From the NCBI GenBank assembly GCA_036399915.1, contig DASWME010000013.1, forward strand, positions 1,724 to 65,723: DNA of 64,000 bases. The letters are read 5' to 3'. Both the position numbers and the translations under genes were made by a program. The notes under the pieces were generated by a model, which saw only the letters and a program-made list of their open reading frames with translations, was not told where the DNA came from and ran no database searches. Position 1 is the stretch's first letter; the number at the start of each line of letters is the position of its first letter. Below, in pieces: positions 57,676 through 64,000 of the stretch. The stretch is from Thermoanaerobaculia bacterium. GTDB taxonomy: Bacteria; Acidobacteriota; Thermoanaerobaculia; Multivoradales; UBA5704.

Positions 57676-58662
57676 TCAGCAGTCCTGCAACCGCGCCTGG
57701 CGGGCCGCCAGTGTCCGCCGCCAGTAGTCGAGGAGGTCCTGGACCGTCTGCTCGAAGGGGATGCGCGGCTCCCAGCCGGTGTCGGCGCGGAACTTCGAGC
57801 TGTCGCCGATCAGGATCTCGACGTCGGACGGGCGCAGGCGGTCCGGATCGACCTCGACCCTGACCTCCACCCTGGAGAACGAGAGCACGAGGTCCAGCAT
57901 GTCGCGGATGCGGATGCCCTTGCCGCTGGCGATGTTGTAGACCTCGCCGGGCTTCGCCCGGGTGACGGCGAGCCAGTAGGCGCGGACCATGTCGCGCACG
58001 TCGGTGAAGTCGCGGATGGCCTCGATGTTGCCCACGCGGATGACCGGCTCCTGCAGGCCCAGCTCGATGGCGGCCACCTGGCTGCAGAAGTTGGAGGTGA
58101 CGAAGACGTGCCCCCGCCGCGGGCCGGTGTGGTTGAAGCCGCGGGTGCGGACGACCTTGAGGCCGTAGCTTTTGAAGTACTGGTAGCCAAGGTAGTCCTG
58201 CGCCACCTTGGAGACGGCGTAGGGGGAGAGCGGCCGCAGGGGGTTGGTCTCCTTGATCGGCACCTCGTCCGGGAGCACCAGGCCGTACTGCTCGCTCGAG
58301 CAGGCGATCTGCACCACCGGATCGAGCCGCAGGCCGCGGATGGCCTCGAACAGGTTCGTCTGCCCGGTGGCGTTGGTGACGATCGTGTCGTTGGGAGCGT
58401 TCCAGCTCGACGGCACGAAGCTCTGGGCCGCGAGGTGGAAGACGAGGTCCGGCCGCGAGACCTCGAGGGCGCGATGCATCGAGGTGTAGTCCCGCAGGTC
58501 GGCTTCGATCAGCTTGATCTTCCTGTCGAGGTGCTCCACGTTGTCCATCCGGCTGCGCCAGCGGAAGGTGCCGTAGACCTCGACACCTGGCTGCTCGGCC
58601 AGGATGTACTCCGCCAGGTGGGACCCGGCGAAGCCGGTGATGCCGGTGATCAAAGCCCTCAT
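57676..58662 (-). CDS. GDP-mannose 4,6-dehydratase family SDR
   Basis: TGITGFAGSHL, HLAAQSFV..SW, SSEQYG, SPYAVSK, FNHTGPRR, RDFTDVRD. Confidence 0.85.
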   Translation of the reverse strand: MRALITGITGFAGSHLAEYILAEQPGVEVYGTFRWRSRMDNVEHLDRKIKLIEADLRDYTSMHRALEVSRPDLVFHLAAQSFVPSSWNAPNDTIVTNATGQTNLFEAIRGLRLDPVVQIACSSEQYGLVLPDEVPIKETNPLRPLSPYAVSKVAQDYLGYQYFKSYGLKVVRTRGFNHTGPRRGHVFVTSNFCSQVAAIELGLQEPVIRVGNIEAIRDFTDVRDMVRAYWLAVTRAKPGEVYNIASGKGIRIRDMLDLVLSFSRVEVRVEVDPDRLRPSDVEILIGDSSKFRADTGWEPRIPFEQTVQDLLDYWRRTLAARQARLQDC

Positions 58663-59537
58663 TGACTCCTCCCTTCTCGCAGTTCCCGCAGCTGGGCCAG
58701 CGTCTCCTCCAGCCCCCCTCGCCAAGGCTCCACGCGCCGGCCGGCGATCTCTTCGAAGCGCGTCACGTCCAGCACCGAGTAGGCCGGACGGGGCGCGGGC
58801 CGGGGGAACTCGGCGGTCGTGACGGGCACGACTTCGATCCCGCCGGCGACCCCGCCGCGCCAGAGACGGGCGATCTCGACCGCGAAAGCGTACCAGGAGA
58901 CGGGCTCCCGGTTGCGGTAGTGGACGATCCCGGTGGCGCCCAGCCTGGCGAGATCGAGCAGCGCCGCGGCCAGAAAGCGCGAGTAGGTGGGGCACCCCTC
59001 CTGGTCGCGCACCACCCGCAGCGGCAGCTTTCCCGCCTCGATGAGGTCGACCATGGCGGCCACGAAGCTGGGCCCGCCGGGGCCGAACAACCAACTCGTC
59101 CGCACCACCAGCGAGCGGTCGCAGGCGAGCGCCCGCCGCTCCCCCTCGAGCTTGCTCCGCCCGTAGACCGACCGCGGCGCGGCCGGGGCGTCCTCGCGGT
59201 ACGGCTCGCGGGCCTCGCCGTCGAAGACGTAGTCGGTGGAGACGTGGACCAGCCGCGCCCCCGCGCTCTCCGCCGCGGCGGCGACGTGGGCCACCGCCTC
59301 GCCGTTGACCGCGAACGCCCGCTCCCTCTCCGTCTCGCAGTCGTCGACCCGGGTGAGGGCCGCGCAGTTGACGATCAGCCCGGGCCGGAACTCCCGCGCC
59401 CAGCTGAGCAGGCGGTCGCGGTCCGTGACGTCCGCCTGCTCGCGGGAGAGCCCGAGGGCGTCCCAGCCGTGGGACCGGGCTGCCGCGACCACCGCCTGGC
59501 CCAGCATGCCGGTCCCGCCGAAGACCAGACAGCGCAT
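58659..59537 (-). CDS. rfbD: dTDP-4-dehydrorhamnose reductase
   Basis: GGTGMLG, NCAALT.VD.CE, HVSTDYVFDG, YG.SKLEGE, DQ.G.PT, RPAYSVL. Confidence 0.92.
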   Translation of the reverse strand: MRCLVFGGTGMLGQAVVAAARSHGWDALGLSREQADVTDRDRLLSWAREFRPGLIVNCAALTRVDDCETERERAFAVNGEAVAHVAAAAESAGARLVHVSTDYVFDGEAREPYREDAPAAPRSVYGRSKLEGERRALACDRSLVVRTSWLFGPGGPSFVAAMVDLIEAGKLPLRVVRDQEGCPTYSRFLAAALLDLARLGATGIVHYRNREPVSWYAFAVEIARLWRGGVAGGIEVVPVTTAEFPRPAPRPAYSVLDVTRFEEIAGRRVEPWRGGLEETLAQLRELREGRSQ

Positions 59538-59542
59538 CGCCA

Positions 59543-60619
59543 CTAGGTGATCCCGACCTCCGAGTTGTCCCCCAGCATGAAGCGGTAGGCCTTGGGCTTG
59601 TAATCGGTCTTGACGATGCGCACGTTGCGGCCGATCAGCGAGCCGTCGATGCGCAGGGGGATGTCCCGGATCTCGCAGTCGGCGAGGACGATCGAGTTCT
59701 CCATCTCGCAACGGATGAGGGTGCAGCGCTCGCCGATCGAGGTGTAGGGGCCGATGAAGGCGTGCTCCAGCCGGGTGCCGTCGCCGATCACCACCGGTCC
59801 GCGCACCAGCGAGTCGATCAGCTCCACACCCTCGCCGATCTGCACCCGCCCCTCGATGCGGCTGCCGCTGCCGATCTCTCCGCGGTTGGCGCCGCGCCGC
59901 ACCTCCAGGGTCTCCAGGACGATGCGGTTGGCTTCCAGCATGTCCTCGAGCTTGCCGGTGTCCTTCCACCAGCCGCGGACGATGTGGGGGTGGACGTCGA
60001 GGCCGCGGTCGATCAGGTCCTGAATGGCGTCGGTGATCTCCAGCTCGCCGCGGGCCGAGGGCTTGATCCGCCGGACCGACTCGAAGATCGAGGAGTCGAA
60101 CATGTAGACCCCCACCAGCGCCAGGTTGCTCTTCGGCTCGCGGGGCTTCTCCGCCAGCCGCCAGACCTTGCCCGCAGACGTCAGCTCGGCCACCCCGAAC
60201 TGCTCCGGGTTGGGGACCTCGGCGAGCAGGATCTCGGAGTTGCAGCCGAGGGTGCGGAACTCCTCCACCAGGGCGGTGATGCCGCCGGCGATCAGGTTGT
60301 CTCCCAGGTACATCACGAAAGGGGCGTCGCCGAGGAACTCCTCGGCGACCTTCACGGCGTGGGCGAGGCCGAGCGGGGCTTCCTGGTCGATGTAGGTGAC
60401 GCGGGCACCGAACCGCGAGCCGTCGCCCACCGCCGCGCAGATCTCGCCACGGGTGTCGCCGACGATGATGCCGATCTCCGTGATGCCCGCCGCCACGATC
60501 GACTCGATGGCGTAGAAGAGCACCGGCTTGTTGGCGACCGGCACGAGCTGCTTGGCGGAGGTGTGGGTGAGGGGACGCAGGCGCGTCCCCTTGCCGCCCG
60601 AAAGGATCAAGCCCTTCAT
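59543..60619 (-). CDS. rfbA: Glucose-1-phosphate thymidylyltransferase (long form)
   Basis: LSGGKGTRLRPLT, KQLVPVANKP, GLAHAV, YLGDN, SARGELEITDA, WWKDTG; left-handed beta-helix tail. Confidence 0.92.
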   Translation of the reverse strand: MKGLILSGGKGTRLRPLTHTSAKQLVPVANKPVLFYAIESIVAAGITEIGIIVGDTRGEICAAVGDGSRFGARVTYIDQEAPLGLAHAVKVAEEFLGDAPFVMYLGDNLIAGGITALVEEFRTLGCNSEILLAEVPNPEQFGVAELTSAGKVWRLAEKPREPKSNLALVGVYMFDSSIFESVRRIKPSARGELEITDAIQDLIDRGLDVHPHIVRGWWKDTGKLEDMLEANRIVLETLEVRRGANRGEIGSGSRIEGRVQIGEGVELIDSLVRGPVVIGDGTRLEHAFIGPYTSIGERCTLIRCEMENSIVLADCEIRDIPLRIDGSLIGRNVRIVKTDYKPKAYRFMLGDNSEVGIT

Positions 60620-60621
60620 GT

Positions 60622-62958
60622 CTACGGTTCGATGGTCGAGCTGCGGCTGTTCAGGTCGAGGAACGTGCCGACGTTCTTCAGGGTGAGCGAGAAGCGGATG
60701 TCCTTGTCGCGCACGCGCGGTCCGCTCCCCGCCCGGAAGTCGCGCAGCTCGAGCCGCAGGCCATAGCACTGCGCGGCGTAGTTCATCACGATCTGCTGCT
60801 GCTGCAGGAGCTGCTGCTCGAAGTCGTAATTGAGCTGCCCTTCCAGCCGCAGCCGCCACGCGGGCAGCGCCAGGGCGCCGTTCAACCGCACCTGGTTGCT
60901 CAGGCTCCTGCCCGTCTCGGGGCGGGCGCGCGTGAACCAGGTCACGCCGAGGTAGTTGCCGGCGCCGAACCCGTAGTTGCCGGTCAGGCCGGTCGAGGAG
61001 ATGCCGCTGAACAGGGTGTCGTAGTCGGCTTCCAGCTTCAGGGTGACGCGGTCGGTCGGGTTGAAGCGCAGCAGCGCCTCGATGGGACCCGCGGTCGTGT
61101 TCACCGTGCGGTCGGCCGCGGAGACCTGGAGCGGCTGCGAGGGGTCGAAGCCGTAGTTGCGGGCGATCTCGAAGAACAATACCTCGCGGGCGATCCCGTT
61201 CTCCGTATCGGGCTTGCCCAGGATGCGCTGGTCGAGCGCGATGCGTCCGACGTTGGTCGAGATCGGCGTGTCCACCTCGTCGAAGAGCGGCACCCGCTGG
61301 GGGTCCTCGATGTCGCCCAGATAGGTGTAGGTCCAGCGCGGCTCGATGACGTGCTTGAAGCGGCCGAACCCGCCCATCTTGCGGGTGAAAATGCGGGAGA
61401 AGGAGGGGCCGACGATCTGGGCGCTGGCGACGGGGAACGTGCGCGTCAGGGTCTCGCCGGAGAAGTCGCGCAGCGTCGCGTCGAGGCTGTCGCCGTACCA
61501 GGTCACCCGCTCGCCGCCAGTGACCGAGAGCGACAGCCAGGGGAACGAGCGGATGGGCAGCGTGATCTGCGGCAGGGCGTCGAATCGCCCGTAGGCGCCG
61601 CTGTAGCTGGTGGGCCGGCCGATGTCGAGGTAGTCGAGCGAGCTGTCGATCTCGAGGTAGAACGGCGTCCGCCCGAGGCGGGTCGAGCGCAGCCGGTACT
61701 CGATCTCGGGAAGGCGCCGGTGCTCGAGCGTCTGGCCGGCGGTGACGAAGGTCTCCCGGCTGTTGAGCAGCAGGTTCAGGAGATGGGGCCCCCAGTTGCC
61801 GGTGACGAACGCGCGGCTGTCGATGAAGCGCAGGGTATTGCGCTCGAAGCTGCGCTCGAAGTCGCGGAAGAAGTTGAAGTCCGAGTAGTCCTGGAACTGT
61901 ACGACGCCGCGCATCCCCCAGGGAAGGTCGTCGGTGGTGTGGTTCCACTCCACCTTCCAGCGCCAGTCGTCGATCTCCGGGTCGCGCACGTAATAGCCCA
62001 GCAGGTCGCCCCGGGTGCCCGTGGTCGGCCGGTAGCGGAACTCGTTGCCGAAGCCGAGGAAGCTCGCCGAGAAGAGATCGAGGTGGATCGTCGTGTCGTA
62101 GCTGCGGCCCAGGGTCTGGAAGTAGGCGAGGCCGAGCGAGGCGCCGCGCCGGTCGGAGTAGCCGAAGTTGGGGATCAGGAAGCCGGAGCTGCGCTCGCTC
62201 TTGACCGGCCAGAGGATGTAGGGGGCGTAGAAGACGGGCACCTTTTTCGCGCGCATCGAGGCGGAGCGAACGTGGGCGTAGCCCTCCGCCTCGACCCGCG
62301 CCTGCCGGAGGCGGAAGCTCCAGTCCGGCACCTCCTGGTTGCAGGAGGTGAAGACGCCGTTCTGGATCTCGTAGGTGTCGTCCCCGGTCTTCTCGACCTC
62401 GGTGCCCTTGAAGTAGTAGTCCGGGGAGACCTGGCCGGAGGCGTTGGTGAGCGTGCCCGTCTTGGTGTCGAGGTCGAAGACGATGGTGTCGCCCGCCAGC
62501 CGGCGGGGGCCCTGGTCCAGGACCACGCTGCCGCGGGCGGTGACCACCTTGGTCTTGAGGTCGATCTCCGCCTGCTCGGCCTTGAGGTCGATGTCCTGGT
62601 AGCGGATCTGCACGCCGCCGGTCAGCACGGCGTAGTCCTCGCGCCTGTACTCGAGGTTGGCGGCGCTGCCGGCCGCGCTGCCGCCGCCCCGGTCGTCGGT
62701 GAACTTGAGCTGGAAGTCCAGGCGGTCCGGGCCCGCGCCGGGCGGGCCGGCCGGCGGCTGCGGAGCCGGTGCCGGCGTCGTCTGCGGCGCGCCGGAGGGC
62801 TGCCCTCCCGGCGGGGGCGGCGGGGCCACGGGCTCGATGGGACCCGTGGGCGGCGCCGCCGGCGGCGGCTGATCCTGCTGCGGTGTCTGCGCCGCGGCAG
62901 GCAGGCCGAGGCAGAGCAGCAGCAGGATGCCGGGCAGGATGGAAGGGCCTCTGCGCAT
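60622..62958 (-). CDS. lptD: LPS-assembly outer-membrane protein LptD
   Basis: Signal peptide, OstA-like N-domain, FTSC...PDW, SGFLIP, C-terminal barrel with QCY. Confidence 0.85.
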   Translation of the reverse strand: MRRGPSILPGILLLLCLGLPAAAQTPQQDQPPPAAPPTGPIEPVAPPPPPGGQPSGAPQTTPAPAPQPPAGPPGAGPDRLDFQLKFTDDRGGGSAAGSAANLEYRREDYAVLTGGVQIRYQDIDLKAEQAEIDLKTKVVTARGSVVLDQGPRRLAGDTIVFDLDTKTGTLTNASGQVSPDYYFKGTEVEKTGDDTYEIQNGVFTSCNQEVPDWSFRLRQARVEAEGYAHVRSASMRAKKVPVFYAPYILWPVKSERSSGFLIPNFGYSDRRGASLGLAYFQTLGRSYDTTIHLDLFSASFLGFGNEFRYRPTTGTRGDLLGYYVRDPEIDDWRWKVEWNHTTDDLPWGMRGVVQFQDYSDFNFFRDFERSFERNTLRFIDSRAFVTGNWGPHLLNLLLNSRETFVTAGQTLEHRRLPEIEYRLRSTRLGRTPFYLEIDSSLDYLDIGRPTSYSGAYGRFDALPQITLPIRSFPWLSLSVTGGERVTWYGDSLDATLRDFSGETLTRTFPVASAQIVGPSFSRIFTRKMGGFGRFKHVIEPRWTYTYLGDIEDPQRVPLFDEVDTPISTNVGRIALDQRILGKPDTENGIAREVLFFEIARNYGFDPSQPLQVSAADRTVNTTAGPIEALLRFNPTDRVTLKLEADYDTLFSGISSTGLTGNYGFGAGNYLGVTWFTRARPETGRSLSNQVRLNGALALPAWRLRLEGQLNYDFEQQLLQQQQIVMNYAAQCYGLRLELRDFRAGSGPRVRDKDIRFSLTLKNVGTFLDLNSRSSTIEP

Positions 62959-62967
62959 GAGCGACGG

Positions 62968-64000
62968 TTAGTCTATGCGCTCGACGATCATCGCGGTAGC
63001 CTCGCCGCCGCCGATGCAGATGGCGGCGCAGCCGAGGCGGCCGCCGCGCTCCCGCAGGGCGCTCAGCAGGGTGACCAGGATGCGGGCTCCGGACGCGCCG
63101 ATCGGGTGCCCCAGGGCGACCGCGCCGCCGCGGACGTTGATCCGGTCGGCCGGCAGCCCGAGGTCGCGCATGAAGGCGAGCGCCACTACCGCGAAGGCCT
63201 CGTTGACCTCCCACAAGTCGATATCGGCGGCCTTGAGGCCGGCCCGCTCGAGCACGGCGCGCACGGCCCCGGCCGGCGCCGTGGTGAACCACTCCGGCTT
63301 CTGCGCCAGTGAGGCGTGGGCGACGACGCGGGCGAGCGGCTTGACGCCCCGCCGGGCCGCCTCGGCGGCCGTCGAGAGCACCAGGGCGGCGGCGCCGTCG
63401 TTGATCTTGCTGGCGTTGCCGGCCGTCACGGTGCCGCCCTCCTGCTGGAAGGCGGGGCGCAGCGTGGGCATGCGCGCGAGGTCGGCCTTGAACGGCTCCT
63501 CGTCGCGATCGACGACGGCCGGGTCGCCCTTCTTGCGGGGGATCTGGACGGGCACGATCTCCTCGGCGGAGAGCCCCTTCTCCGTGGCCTCGCGGGCGCG
63601 GCGGTAGCTCTCGTGCGCGTAGGCGTCCTGCTCCTCGCGGCTGAACTTGTACTCGGCGGCGCAGGTCTCGGCGCAGCTGCCCATGTGCAGGTCGCCGTAG
63701 GGGTCCCACAGGCCGTCGTGGATCATCGAGTCGATCAGCTTGCCATGCCCCAGGCGCAGGCCGTCGCGGGTGCCCGCCGCGAGGTAGGGGGCCTGGCTCA
63801 TGCTCTCCATGCCGCCGGCGACAACGAACCCGAAGTCGCCGCACCGCAGGTCGTTGGCGGCGATCATGGCGGCCCGCATGCCGGAGCCGCAGACCTTGTT
63901 GAGGGTGAGGGCGCCGGTGGCCACGGGGCAGCCGGCGCCGATCGCCGCCTGGCGGGCCGGGGCCTGGCCCTGGCCGGCCGTCAGCACGCAGCCCATGTTG
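62968..64000 (-). CDS. Acetyl-CoA acetyltransferase (thiolase), 5' end outside window
   Basis: NKVCGSG, GGMESMS, TAGNASKINDGAAA, EVNEAF, GHPIGASG, CIGGG. Confidence 0.93.
   Translation of the reverse strand, partial: NMGCVLTAGQGQAPARQAAIGAGCPVATGALTLNKVCGSGMRAAMIAANDLRCGDFGFVVAGGMESMSQAPYLAAGTRDGLRLGHGKLIDSMIHDGLWDPYGDLHMGSCAETCAAEYKFSREEQDAYAHESYRRAREATEKGLSAEEIVPVQIPRKKGDPAVVDRDEEPFKADLARMPTLRPAFQQEGGTVTAGNASKINDGAAALVLSTAAEAARRGVKPLARVVAHASLAQKPEWFTTAPAGAVRAVLERAGLKAADIDLWEVNEAFAVVALAFMRDLGLPADRINVRGGAVALGHPIGASGARILVTLLSALRERGGRLGCAAICIGGGEATAMIVERID

Noticed and set aside
59543-63844. 1433-aa ORF appearing to be a giant rfbA fusion
   Set aside because: Only the last 358 aa are the thymidylyltransferase (own ATG at 60619); the rest is an off-frame read of lptD and the thiolase

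Overview
GC-rich (about 70% by eye) bacterial chromosome segment from a diderm (lptD present). The gene families suggest Acidobacteriota, Thermoanaerobaculia-like; this is inference. The backbone is housekeeping: redoxin/dsbD-like, mtaB, ubiG, nitrilase, hybrid kinase, fadJ-like, xseAB, rhomboid, two VWA paralogs, yhaM-like, aceB, a UbiA/DUF92 lipid cluster, NDP-sugar genes, lptD and a thiolase. Two accessory regions (about 11.4-21.7 kb and 43.3-53.4 kb) carry the same unusual cassette. A small zinc-finger (H-x4-C-x2-C) gene and a small 'PAIDDL' gene are transcribed divergently from an XRE-HTH/TPR regulator. That regulator converges on a small secreted peptide with two Cys-bounded GCx(I/M)DPxG cores, followed by a second HTH/TPR regulator and then foreign cargo. 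This resembles an RRNPP-like peptide-signalling system in a diderm. Cargo 1 is a secreted TPR + SleB-like Cys-rich protein and a frameshifted methyltransferase. Cargo 2 is an orphan RHS module whose tip closely resembles animal serum amyloid A, a 51-aa candidate immunity gene, and a cI/cro-like switch. Region 2 is bounded by a 123-bp duplication of the aceB 3' end (attL/attR-like, 9,050 bp apart). Each region also contains a strictly phased 21-bp repeat array. I found no rRNA, tRNA, CRISPR array or integrase.
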